Assembly (NCBI GenBank): GCA_902526005.1
Contig: CABZIW010000004.1
Location: 32,596 to 96,595 of the forward strand
Source: an uncultured Pelagibacteraceae bacterium
GTDB taxonomy: Bacteria > Pseudomonadota > Alphaproteobacteria > Pelagibacterales > AG-422-B15
Length of the DNA stretch: 64,000 nt
Direction of reading: 5' to 3'
A program made the position numbers and the translations under genes. The notes below the pieces were generated by a model. The model was not told where the DNA came from. It saw only the letters and a program-made list of their open reading frames with translations, and searched no databases. Positions within the stretch are counted from its first letter, which is position 1. Every line of letters starts with the position of its first letter. Positions 32,242-41,243 of the stretch are shown in pieces.

Positions 32242-33844
32242 TTTTACTTAGACCTACAAAATTTGGTTTTAATCTTTTAGCGTTGAGTGAAATTAGTAAC
32301 CTTGTGAAAGTAAAGGCAGTGAAAACTGATGTAAAGATTCCTATAGCCAATGTAATAGAGAAACCTCTCACTGGCCCCGAAGCCATAAAAAATAATATTA
32401 TTGCAGCAATCAATGTTGTTATATTTGCATCTAATATAGTTGATAAAGCTCTTTTATACCCGTTTTCAACAGCATTCATCATATTTGATCCATTTCTAAT
32501 TTCTTCTTTTACTCTCTCAAAAATTAGAACATTTGCATCCACAGCCATTCCAATTGTTAATATTATTCCAGCGATACCAGGTAATGTTAGAGTTGCTTGA
32601 AACAAAGATAAAACGCCAAGGACCATAAATAAGTTTATAATTAATGCTATATCTGCAAGCAGGCCAAAATATCTATAGACAAATATCATAAAAATAATGA
32701 CAGCAATAAAACCAATTATTGCTGCAAATTGACCCGCTTCAATTGAGTCAGCGCCAAGATCAGGTCCAACCGACCTTTCTTCTAAAATAATTAGTGGGGC
32801 AGGTAAAGCACCAGCTCGCAAAAGAATAGCAAGATCATTTGCTTCTTCTGAGTCAAAACCTCCAGAAATCTGACCAGAACCACCCAAAATAGCTTCCCTT
32901 ATTACTGGCGCACTTATTACTTTATTATCAAGTACAATCGCAAAAGGTTTGCCCACATTTTGCTGTGTAACCCTTCCAAACTTTGTTGCACCTATACGAT
33001 CAAACCTAAAAGATACAATTGGTTCATTTGTTTGAGGATCAAAACCAGGTTGCGCATCAACAAGATTTTCACCTCCAACCATAATTCGCTTTTTTACAAT
33101 GTATTTAAACTCTTCATCCGCATCAGATGCCAAAATTTCTGAACCAATTGGTGCCTTCGAGGGATTAAAAGGGTCGAAATTCACAGAAGTATCAACTAAT
33201 TGAAAAGTAAGTTTAGCCGTTTGGCCCAGTAAAGACTTAATACGGTCTGGGTCATCAATGCCTGGTAATTGAATTATTATCCTGGATGATCCTTGTCTTT
33301 GTATTGATGGCTCTCTTGTGCCGAGTTCATCTATTCTCCTTCGAACAATTTCTAACGATTGGGCAACTGCATTCGAAACAGATTGTTTTATAAATTCTTC
33401 AGTAAAATTTATCTGAACAGTATTTTCTTCTTGGGTGATAATTAGATTAGTTTGATCTCCCATTGCAAGAATATTTTGAGAGTTACTCATGGATAGCTCA
33501 GAAATTTCTTTTTGAATTTCGCTATTAAAACCCTCTACAATGAATTTTAGGGATTCATTTGAAACCTTGAAATTACTATAATTAAGATTGTTTTTCTTTA
33601 AGACTCTTCGAACGTCTGCGTTAAGGTTTTCTACTCTCTCCTTTATAATTTCTTCTGTATCAACCTCTAACAATAAATGTGAGCCTCCTTGAAGGTCCAA
33701 GCCGAGGTTTACTTGTTGCTTAGGAAAAAAATTTGGAAATGTTTCTAATTGATCTTTCCCAAAGAAATTGGGAACAGCAAAAAGTAAAGTAATTATGATT
33801 ACAGCCAATACTGAAAATATTTTTAAATTTGAAAAGTACAGCAT
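32234..33844 (-). CDS. secD: Protein translocase subunit SecD
   Basis: 536 aa. LGLDLQGGSHLLLEV, a large periplasmic domain, and a C-terminal 6-TM bundle (GMAVDANVLIFERVKEE). Confidence 0.93.
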   Translation of the reverse strand: MLYFSNLKIFSVLAVIIITLLFAVPNFFGKDQLETFPNFFPKQQVNLGLDLQGGSHLLLEVDTEEIIKERVENLNADVRRVLKKNNLNYSNFKVSNESLKFIVEGFNSEIQKEISELSMSNSQNILAMGDQTNLIITQEENTVQINFTEEFIKQSVSNAVAQSLEIVRRRIDELGTREPSIQRQGSSRIIIQLPGIDDPDRIKSLLGQTAKLTFQLVDTSVNFDPFNPSKAPIGSEILASDADEEFKYIVKKRIMVGGENLVDAQPGFDPQTNEPIVSFRFDRIGATKFGRVTQQNVGKPFAIVLDNKVISAPVIREAILGGSGQISGGFDSEEANDLAILLRAGALPAPLIILEERSVGPDLGADSIEAGQFAAIIGFIAVIIFMIFVYRYFGLLADIALIINLFMVLGVLSLFQATLTLPGIAGIILTIGMAVDANVLIFERVKEEIRNGSNMMNAVENGYKRALSTILDANITTLIAAIILFFMASGPVRGFSITLAIGIFTSVFTAFTFTRLLISLNAKRLKPNFVGLSKNA

Positions 33845-33850
33845 GAAAAT

Positions 33851-34129
33851 TTATTGTGATGTATTTACTTTCTCTACTTCGGCAATTGTTGATTTAATCA
33901 TTACAACATTTACTCCTGAGGATATTTCAACCTCCACATCAGTATCTCCGATTACTTTGACTACTTTTCCTCTGACTCCTCCTGAGCTGACGATCTTGTC
34001 ACCTCGCTGAACAGCAGCAACCATCTCTCTATGTTCTTTTGCTCTTCTTTGCTGAGGTCTTATCAATAAAAAATAAAAAATTGCAAAAATTAAGAATAAT
34101 GGCATTAGTTGAATGAGCATTTGTTCCAT
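33851..34129 (-). CDS. yajC: Preprotein translocase subunit YajC
   Basis: 92 aa. One TM followed by RPQQRRAKEHREM and GDKIVSSGGVRGKVV. AAAGGAG Shine-Dalgarno upstream. Confidence 0.9.
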   Translation of the reverse strand: MEQMLIQLMPLFLIFAIFYFLLIRPQQRRAKEHREMVAAVQRGDKIVSSGGVRGKVVKVIGDTDVEVEISSGVNVVMIKSTIAEVEKVNTSQ

Positions 34130-34193
34130 GAAATTCTCCTTTAAAATAACTTAGGCAATATACATACTTAGGTTATATTTTTGAACTAAATAA

Positions 34194-35018
34194 TTAATTT
34201 AGATCAGTTTTTAAACCTTTTTTTAAATCACTTAGACTTTTGTGATGCGTAAGATCTAAATGAAGAGGTGTTATTGATATGTGATGATCTGCCAGTGCCT
34301 CTACGTCACTCATATATCCCTCAACTGTTTCATTTAGTGGGGGAATACTTAGATTAACATTTTCTTCAAGCCGCCTTCTTAAACCGAATCTGAATTTTGA
34401 CTTCTGAACTTCATTAATTATTAAGTCGTCAGTTTCCCTGTTTCCTTGTGTTGTTATCTGTATACTTTTAACTAAATCAGCTGTGCAATATGGAAAATTA
34501 ATATTCATGAATACATTATTTGGCCAGCCAAGAATTGTAAGTTCAAGTAAAATATTTTTTAAAAATTTTTTTGAAGCATCCCAAACAATTTGATTTTTTT
34601 TGCCAGCTTCATAATTTTGACTGATTGCAATTGATGGAATGCGTCTAATTAAACCTTCCATTGCTGCAGCAATTGTGCCTGAATATGTAACATCCTCTCC
34701 AACATTACAGCCACTATTGATACCTGACAGAATTAAATCTGGTCTTTTATCTTTTAAAACATTGCTTATACCAATTGCAACACAATCGCTAGGAGTACCA
34801 TTAACTGAAAATGTCTTCTCTTCGTACTTTTTAAGTGTTAATTCGTTTTGAAAAGACAAAGCATGTGATGCACCACTTTTTTCATGTTCAGGTGCAACGA
34901 CCCAGACATCATCTGAAAATTCACTAGCAATAGCTCTTAGTATTTTAATACCCTCTGCAGATATTCCATCATCATTTGTAATCAATATCCTCGCTTCATT
35001 AAGATTAATAACTGACAT
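34194..35018 (-). CDS. surE: 5'/3'-nucleotidase SurE
   Basis: 274 aa. ILITNDDGI start and the SGINSGCNVGEDVTYSGT motif. Confidence 0.92.
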   Translation of the reverse strand: MSVINLNEARILITNDDGISAEGIKILRAIASEFSDDVWVVAPEHEKSGASHALSFQNELTLKKYEEKTFSVNGTPSDCVAIGISNVLKDKRPDLILSGINSGCNVGEDVTYSGTIAAAMEGLIRRIPSIAISQNYEAGKKNQIVWDASKKFLKNILLELTILGWPNNVFMNINFPYCTADLVKSIQITTQGNRETDDLIINEVQKSKFRFGLRRRLEENVNLSIPPLNETVEGYMSDVEALADHHISITPLHLDLTHHKSLSDLKKGLKTDLN

Positions 35019-35027
35019 ATAGATGAA

Positions 35028-36296
35028 TTAATTTGAAATTTGATTTATTCCACCCATGTATGGAATAAGAGCATCTGGCACCTGAATAGTCCCATCTTCA
35101 TTTTGATAATTTTCAAGAATAGATATTAAGGTTCGTCCTACGGCTAAACCTGATCCATTTAATGTATGCAAAAATTTAGTTTCTTTACCTTCTTTGTAAC
35201 GAGAGTTCATTCTTCTTGCTTGAAAATCTCCACAATTAGAGCAACTAGATATTTCTCTGTATGCTTTTTGACCAGGCAACCATACTTCAATATCATATGT
35301 TTTTTGTGCAGCAAAACCCATATCCTCAGAAGACAATATGACAACTCTATAATGAAGATTTAATCTTTTTAAAACTTCCTCTGCACAACTTAACATTCTT
35401 TCATGTTCATCCTTAGACTGACTTTCTGATGTTAAACTAACAAGCTCAACTTTATAAAATTGATGTTGTCTCATAATACCTCTTGTATCTTTCCCTGCTG
35501 CGCCAGCTTCAGATCTGAAACATGGCGTATGAGATACATATCGTTTAGGTAAATCTAAAATATCAATAATTGACTCTCTAGTCATATTACTAAGAGGAAC
35601 CTCAGCCGTTGGTATAAGCCAATAGTCATCGGTTGTTTTAAATAAATCATCTTTAAACTTAGGAAGCTGTCCCACACCATAAACTGATTGGTCTTTAACA
35701 AGTATAGGAACATTCATCTCTGTATATCCAAATTCATTTGTATGAAGATCTAACATAAAATTAGATATTGCTCTTTCCATTCTAGCAATCAAGCCACTTT
35801 GTACAACAAACCTTGATCCAGAGATTTTTGCAGCTTGCTCAAAACTCATCATGTTGAGGTTTTCGCCTAATTCATCGTGTTCTTTTGGAGTAAAAGAAAA
35901 TTTTTTTTTAGTACCTTCCAACTTAATCTCTTTATTTAAACTTTCATCACCAACTGGCACATCATCTGCTGGATTATTTGGCAAAGAAGATAAAACAGTA
36001 TTAAGTTCTTCTTGTTTTTCTCTTTGACTATTCTCTAAATCCTGCATTTTATCTTTTAAGCTTGCAACTTCCGCCTTTAACTTAGCGGCTTCATCATTTT
36101 TTCCATTAGCTGCATATTCTCCTATGAGCTTTGACTTGGTGTTTCTCTCTTCTTGAATAACTTGAAGCTCACCAATAATTTTCCTGTTCTTTTCATCTAA
36201 TTCAATTATTTGATTTGAAACTGGCGGATGTTTTCTTTTGGCTAATAACTCATCTAAATCTGAGGGATTCTCTCTTATTTTCTTAATGTCATGCAT
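35028..36296 (-). CDS. serS: Serine--tRNA ligase
   Basis: 422 aa. N-terminal coiled coil and class II motifs ([20 protein letters not shown]). Confidence 0.96.
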   Translation of the reverse strand: MHDIKKIRENPSDLDELLAKRKHPPVSNQIIELDEKNRKIIGELQVIQEERNTKSKLIGEYAANGKNDEAAKLKAEVASLKDKMQDLENSQREKQEELNTVLSSLPNNPADDVPVGDESLNKEIKLEGTKKKFSFTPKEHDELGENLNMMSFEQAAKISGSRFVVQSGLIARMERAISNFMLDLHTNEFGYTEMNVPILVKDQSVYGVGQLPKFKDDLFKTTDDYWLIPTAEVPLSNMTRESIIDILDLPKRYVSHTPCFRSEAGAAGKDTRGIMRQHQFYKVELVSLTSESQSKDEHERMLSCAEEVLKRLNLHYRVVILSSEDMGFAAQKTYDIEVWLPGQKAYREISSCSNCGDFQARRMNSRYKEGKETKFLHTLNGSGLAVGRTLISILENYQNEDGTIQVPDALIPYMGGINQISN

Positions 36297-36299
36297 GTC

Positions 36300-37076
36300 T
36301 TACTCGGATTTAGGTTTTTTCCCTTCGATAAATTTTACAGCAAATATTGAAATTTCATACAGCAATAATATAGGTATTCCAAGCCCTATTTGGGAGATCG
36401 GGTCAGGTGGTGTTAAAATAGCCGCTACTGCAAAAACTCCTACAATCACATACTTTCTATTTTTTCTTAATCCTTCAGAACTGACAAAACCTACTCTTGC
36501 TAATAATGTCAAAAGAACTGGTAGTTGAAAACTGATACCAAATGCAAATATCAGACGCATAATTAAGCTTAAATACTCATTTACCTTAGCTTCTAATTGG
36601 ATTGGTAATGTTCCTTGGCCACCAATCGATTCGAAAGATAGAAAGAATTTGATGGCAAGTGGCATAATAAAATAATAAACCAATGCCGCTCCTAATAAGA
36701 ATAATATTGGCGTTGCAATTAAATATGGAATAACAACAGTTTTCTCATTGCGATAAAGACCAGGTGCAACAAAAATCCAAATTTGTATCAGTATAAATGG
36801 AAGAGAAACAAAAATAGAGGCAAATAGTGCTACTTTTAAATAAGTAAAAAAGGTTTCGTGTAAAGCAGTAAATATAAGCCTTCTGCCAGATTCACCTTGT
36901 ACAGCATCAGCATATGGTTGAACTAAAAAGTTATAAATTGTGTCTGCAAAGATATATGCAACAACAAACATAACAGTAATCAAAATTAGTGACTTAATAA
37001 GTCTGCTTCTAAGTTCTACAAGATGTTGAATTAAAGGTTGCTTTCCTTCATCAAGTGTTTCATTTGTATCACTCAT
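36300..37076 (-). CDS. tatC: Twin-arginine translocase subunit TatC
   Basis: 258 aa, 6 TM. LIQHLVELRSRL start, typical of TatC. Confidence 0.93.
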   Translation of the reverse strand: MSDTNETLDEGKQPLIQHLVELRSRLIKSLILITVMFVVAYIFADTIYNFLVQPYADAVQGESGRRLIFTALHETFFTYLKVALFASIFVSLPFILIQIWIFVAPGLYRNEKTVVIPYLIATPILFLLGAALVYYFIMPLAIKFFLSFESIGGQGTLPIQLEAKVNEYLSLIMRLIFAFGISFQLPVLLTLLARVGFVSSEGLRKNRKYVIVGVFAVAAILTPPDPISQIGLGIPILLLYEISIFAVKFIEGKKPKSE

Positions 37077-37365
37077 TTTCTTTTTTCTGCTTTTCTGACT
37101 GAATGATATTTTTATTTATCGAGTCACGCATCTCGTCTGTAAAGTTTTTGGGATTTGTATTTTCAACTTTAGACTTAATATCATCTACGCCTGTTTCTTT
37201 TGCTATCTCATTGATACTAGATCTAAATTCTCTTGAAAAGTTTCTAATTTTACCCCACCACCTGCCAAAAGTTCTTAATACTGCTGGCAAATCTTTCGGT
37301 CCAACAAAAATGATAATTAATGCTGCAATGACAAGATACTCTACTCCTCCGATACCAGGTAACAT
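37069..37365 (-). CDS. tatB: Twin-arginine translocase subunit TatB
   Basis: 98 aa. N-terminal TM plus FVGPKDLP hinge and an amphipathic helix. Lies between tatA and tatC. Confidence 0.8.
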   Translation of the reverse strand: MLPGIGGVEYLVIAALIIIFVGPKDLPAVLRTFGRWWGKIRNFSREFRSSINEIAKETGVDDIKSKVENTNPKNFTDEMRDSINKNIIQSEKQKKENE

Positions 37366-37380
37366 AACAATTACTTAAGG

Positions 37381-37563
37381 TTAATCTTTGGAGTCTTCGT
37401 CTGATTTATTTATTGACTTTGGTTCATCATCGTCGTTGATGCCTTTTTTAAAACTTTTTACACCTTTGGCTACGTCACCCATTAATTCAGATATTTTTCC
37501 TCTACCGAAAAGTATAACAAGAAGCGCTACAACGATTAATATTTGCCAAAAACTAATACCCAT
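37381..37563 (-). CDS. tatA: Twin-arginine translocase subunit TatA
   Basis: 60 aa. [23 protein letters not shown], followed by an amphipathic helix and an acidic tail. Confidence 0.85.
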   Translation of the reverse strand: MGISFWQILIVVALLVILFGRGKISELMGDVAKGVKSFKKGINDDDEPKSINKSDEDSKD

Positions 37564-37646
37564 TTATTCCTCAATTATTTCTAATAATATATATATATTA
37601 ATACCTTATTAGTAAAAGTTAAAAATTACCATCAAATAAAAGGTAA

Positions 37647-38360
37647 TTAAATAAGGTTTTTTTGAGATGCGGTTGAACTTATAGAGATGACATCTTCAGG
37701 TTTGCCATTTTGAATAAAATTACCATCTTTCATGATTAAAACTCTATCAGACATTGCTAGCGCGTCTTCAGTATCGTGAGAAACAATGATAGTTGTAGTG
37801 AGGTTATCACGAAGAATTTTATTTGTTTCAGATCTCAATCTTACTTTTAATTCCTTATCCAAAGCTCCAAAAGGTTCATCCATTAACAAAATTTTTGGAT
37901 TTGGCGCCATAGCTCTTGCTAATGCAACCCTTTGTTGTTCACCGCTTGATATTTCATGAGGATAGTTTTTTGCATATCTCTCAACACTAAATAACTTTAA
38001 TAAACTCATAGCCCTCTCAGTATTATTTTTATTCGTACCTTTTATTCCAAATTTTACATTATTCACAATCGAGAGGTGTGGAAACAATGCTCTTTCCTGA
38101 ACAACCAATCCAATATTTCGTTCCTCAGTATTTACATGATTTAAATGCCCTGAAACAATTTCATTATCTATCGATACTGTTCCTGCTGATTGTTCTTCTA
38201 GACCTGCAATAATTCTTAGCAAAGTAGTTTTGCCGCATCCAGAGGGTCCTAAGATTGTAATTATCTCTCCTCGATTTACTTGTAGAGAAACATCTTTTAA
38301 AACTTCATTATCTCTTGTGAAGCTGTGTTTTATATTTTTTAGTTCAAGAATTATATCCAT
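37647..38360 (-). CDS. fbpC: ABC transporter ATP-binding protein, Fe3+ (FbpC/SfuC)-type but lacking a C-terminal regulatory (TOBE-like) domain
   Basis: 237 aa. Walker A GPSGCGKTT, signature ISSGEQQRV, Walker B LLMDEP. It ends directly after the NBD. Confidence 0.85.
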   Translation of the reverse strand: MDIILELKNIKHSFTRDNEVLKDVSLQVNRGEIITILGPSGCGKTTLLRIIAGLEEQSAGTVSIDNEIVSGHLNHVNTEERNIGLVVQERALFPHLSIVNNVKFGIKGTNKNNTERAMSLLKLFSVERYAKNYPHEISSGEQQRVALARAMAPNPKILLMDEPFGALDKELKVRLRSETNKILRDNLTTTIIVSHDTEDALAMSDRVLIMKDGNFIQNGKPEDVISISSTASQKNLI

Positions 38361-38362
38361 GT

Positions 38363-39976
38363 TTAATCTCTTGATGCAGGTCTAGAACTTCTGATCATTC
38401 TAGTCAATATTATTATTGGAATAAGCCCTACCATAACTATTGCAATAGAAGGTGCAGCAGCATCGTACATTCTTTCTTCTGCTGCATATATATAGGTATA
38501 TACAGCTAATGTATCAAAATTAAATGGTCTCAAAATAAGCGTTGCGGGAAGTTCTTTTATGACTTCTGAAACTACCAATAACATGCTTGTTAGAAAACTA
38601 GTTTTTAATAATGGCAAATGAACTGAAGATAAAAGAGACCAGCCTGATGTTTTAAGTGTTTTTGCTACATCATCAATTCTCATATTTATACGCTGATATC
38701 CAGCTTCAATCGTAGAACTTGAGAGCGCATAGGATTTTATTATGTAAGCTAAAACTAATCCAACTAGACTACCTGTAAGCACAAAATCAAAATAATAATC
38801 TCCAATGCTTCTGTCTAAAAATGTAAGTAGCTGCATAACGCCAATTGCAAGTATTAAACCTGGCACCGCATAACCAACAGTCAAAAAGGAACTCATAAAC
38901 TTCAGATAATTATTTTTTTTATATCTAATTGAAAAATTTATAAGCACAGCTAATAGACTGCATAAGAAAGCTGCTATTATTGCTAAGTAAAATGTATTCC
39001 ATGCAGTCGTAAGAAACTTATCATTAAAAAAATCTAACTTGTAATTAAATGCCCAGTACCCAAGTTCCATCACAGGCAATAAAAAACCGACAAAGATTGG
39101 AACGAAACAAATTAATATTGCTAAAATATTTGAACTACCTTTCAGTCTAGTTAAATAAAGCGGCTTAAAGACTGAGCTGGCATTTGAATATCTAGCATTT
39201 TTTCTGGAGTAACGTTCAGATATAATTAATAGAATTGCAAATATGAGTAACAATGAAGCTAACTGCTTTGCGGTTTCAATATCATACATGCCGTACCATG
39301 TTCTAAATATTCCAGTTGTAAAAGTTGAAATGGCAAAGTGATCAACTGCTCCGAAATCAGATAAAGTTTCCATGATTACGAGCATGAGACCCCCAATAAT
39401 TGCTGGTCTAATCATTGGAACAGCTAATTTATAAAATACTTCTAGTTTACCAAGTCCAAGAGTTCTACCCGCTTCAAGAATTGATCTAGATTGATTTATA
39501 AAGGCCATTCTGCTCACAAGATATACATATGGATACAGAGTGAAGGAAAATACTACAATCGCTCCAGGAACATTTCTTACTTTAGGAAAAAAAATAAAAT
39601 CTGCACCGAGCCCAAAAAGATCCCTTATTAAATTATTCGCTGTACCAAAGGTATCGAATAAACCAGTGAAAGTGTAAGCAAGTATATATGGTGGTACAGC
39701 AAGTGGTAAAATTAGCGCCCATTCAAAAATATTTTTTCCTGTAAAATTATAGTTGGTGACTAACCAGGCAGTGCCGACACCAATTATGGTAACCATAATT
39801 GAGACGCCAATAACTAAGTAAAATGAGTTTTCTATATATCCAATCAGCACGTAATTGTACAAGTGTGTCCAGTTGTCAGAGTAATCACCAGCTAAACTGA
39901 AAAGCACAATAAGTACTGGGGCAATAAAAATTGCAAATGTTGCAACTGGTGTAACTTGCCAAAGATCTAACTTCAT
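38363..39976 (-). CDS. fbpB: Fe3+ ABC transporter permease (fused two-domain FbpB/SfuB type)
   Basis: 537 aa, about 12 TM, two tandem binding-protein-dependent permease modules. Operon context with fbpA/fbpC. Confidence 0.88.
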   Translation of the reverse strand: MKLDLWQVTPVATFAIFIAPVLIVLFSLAGDYSDNWTHLYNYVLIGYIENSFYLVIGVSIMVTIIGVGTAWLVTNYNFTGKNIFEWALILPLAVPPYILAYTFTGLFDTFGTANNLIRDLFGLGADFIFFPKVRNVPGAIVVFSFTLYPYVYLVSRMAFINQSRSILEAGRTLGLGKLEVFYKLAVPMIRPAIIGGLMLVIMETLSDFGAVDHFAISTFTTGIFRTWYGMYDIETAKQLASLLLIFAILLIISERYSRKNARYSNASSVFKPLYLTRLKGSSNILAILICFVPIFVGFLLPVMELGYWAFNYKLDFFNDKFLTTAWNTFYLAIIAAFLCSLLAVLINFSIRYKKNNYLKFMSSFLTVGYAVPGLILAIGVMQLLTFLDRSIGDYYFDFVLTGSLVGLVLAYIIKSYALSSSTIEAGYQRINMRIDDVAKTLKTSGWSLLSSVHLPLLKTSFLTSMLLVVSEVIKELPATLILRPFNFDTLAVYTYIYAAEERMYDAAAPSIAIVMVGLIPIIILTRMIRSSRPASRD

Positions 39977-40035
39977 AAATAATTGCTGTTTCCTATACTA
40001 TTTATTCAATAAACTCTAATATAACCTTAATTTTT

Positions 40036-40097
40036 GTTGAGGCAATTTGACCTTGGATACTAATGAGAAGAAAAGACGGTGATCAAATTACCTCAAC
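40036..40097 (-). promoter_or_regulatory. Long intercistronic RNA hairpin between the binding-protein gene and the permease gene
   Basis: Arms are 40036..40050 (GTTGAGGCAATTTGA) and 40083..40097 (TCAAATTACCTCAAC). In the minus (sense) RNA this is a 15-bp stem with one U-G wobble. In the antisense RNA the same position is a C-A mismatch. The loop is 32 nt and no U-tract follows. Confidence 0.5.
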
Positions 40098-40112
40098 CTG
40101 GTTGACATTAAA

Positions 40113-41144
40113 TTATTGCCAACCAACTCTATCCATCAACTTAACAGCTTCAGGATTGAATTCGCCATAGCTTGCAACTGAAGTCTGATCTTCTTTGAAA
40201 CCAGAACCAAATTGAGCTATTAAATCACTAGGTGCAACACCTTCAAGCATTGGAAACTCATAAGTGTTATTCACTATGTGACTTTGAGCTTCTTCACTAA
40301 GCAGGAACTCGATAAACTTAACAGCATTATTTGCATTTGGAGCATTTTTCATAAGACCAGCTCCACTCACATTAATATGAGCACCTCGTCCATCTTGGCC
40401 AGGAAAATGAAGTTCAACTTTTCTTGCTGCAGCTTGCTGTTCTTCACCTTTTTTTCCGGATAACATTAAACCAATGTAATAACTATTTGCTACAGCAACA
40501 TCTGCTTCGCCATTTGCAACTGCCATAATCTGCGCTCTGTCATTACCTTCAGGTTTTCTTGCAAAGTTGCCTACAAATCTATGCGCCCACTTTTCAGTAG
40601 CATCAATACCATTATTGGCAATCAGTGAAGCAACTAAAGACTGATTATACATATTACCAGAACTTCTTATTGCAACTCTACCTTTCCATTTTGGATCTGA
40701 AAGATCTTCATACGTAAGCCCTTCCATATCCTCTGCGGAAACATTTACTGGATTATAATAAATTACTCTAGAACGTTTAGCTATTCCAACCCACTCGTTA
40801 TTTGGACCTCTTAAATTTTCAGGTACAATTGAATTGATAGTATCTGAGCTGATACTTTGAAACATTCCATCTTTTTGAACTTTCCATAGATTACCAGCAT
40901 CTACGGTAATGAAGACATCAGCAGGAGAATTTACTCCTTCTGAAGCAAGTCTTTCCATTAGTGCTTTTCCTTTACCTGAAATAACGTTTACTTTGATGCC
41001 AGTATCGTTCGTAAACTTTTGATATAATGCATCATCTGAGTCGTAATGCCTTGACGTATACAAATTAACTTCATTAGCGAATGAACTGCCAACTGTTACA
41101 AAAGTAATTACAGCTATTGCTAAGAATCTTAATACTGAGTTCAT
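40113..41144 (-). CDS. fbpA: Fe3+ ABC transporter periplasmic substrate-binding protein (FbpA/SfuA/FutA-like)
   Basis: 343 aa. Signal peptide, then NEVNLYTSRHYDSD, typical of ferric-binding proteins. AAGGGG Shine-Dalgarno upstream. Confidence 0.9.
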   Translation of the reverse strand: MNSVLRFLAIAVITFVTVGSSFANEVNLYTSRHYDSDDALYQKFTNDTGIKVNVISGKGKALMERLASEGVNSPADVFITVDAGNLWKVQKDGMFQSISSDTINSIVPENLRGPNNEWVGIAKRSRVIYYNPVNVSAEDMEGLTYEDLSDPKWKGRVAIRSSGNMYNQSLVASLIANNGIDATEKWAHRFVGNFARKPEGNDRAQIMAVANGEADVAVANSYYIGLMLSGKKGEEQQAAARKVELHFPGQDGRGAHINVSGAGLMKNAPNANNAVKFIEFLLSEEAQSHIVNNTYEFPMLEGVAPSDLIAQFGSGFKEDQTSVASYGEFNPEAVKLMDRVGWQ

Positions 41145-41165
41145 AAAATTTCCCCTTCTTTAGAA

Positions 41166-41180
41166 TGATACTAAGTTTCA
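41166..41180. promoter_or_regulatory. Second, weaker Fur-box-like 7-1-7 site inside an 8-bp-arm inverted repeat
   Basis: TGATACT A AGTTTCA matches TGATAAT-N-ATTATCA at 11/14 positions. It is embedded in TAGAATGA-N9-TCATTCTA (41161..41185), between the putative -10 and the fbpA Shine-Dalgarno. Confidence 0.35.
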
Positions 41181-41183
41181 TTC

Positions 41184-41211
41184 TATATAACTTATTGAGA
41201 ATGATTATCAA
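41184..41211 (-). promoter_or_regulatory. Candidate sigma70 promoter of the fbpABC operon
   Basis: Minus-sense TTGATA (41211..41206), 16 nt, TATATA (41189..41184). The -35 element and spacer overlap the strong Fur box. Confidence 0.4.
41196..41210. promoter_or_regulatory. Fur box (7-1-7 type)
   Basis: TGAGAAT G ATTATCA matches TGATAAT-N-ATTATCA at 13/14 positions, and the 19-bp GATAATGATAATCATTATC consensus at 15/19 over 41197..41215. It lies 52-66 nt upstream of the fbpA ATG. Confidence 0.55.
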
Positions 41212-41243
41212 TAGCAAATATGACGCACTTTGATAATTTGTGT

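Noticed and set aside
37624-37648. A hairpin AATTACC-N11-GGTAATT overlapping the fbpC stop as a terminator ahead of tatA.
   Set aside because: The stem is 7 bp and AT-rich, with an 11-nt loop and an interrupted U-run (UUUUAACUUUU). It is plausible but too weak to call.
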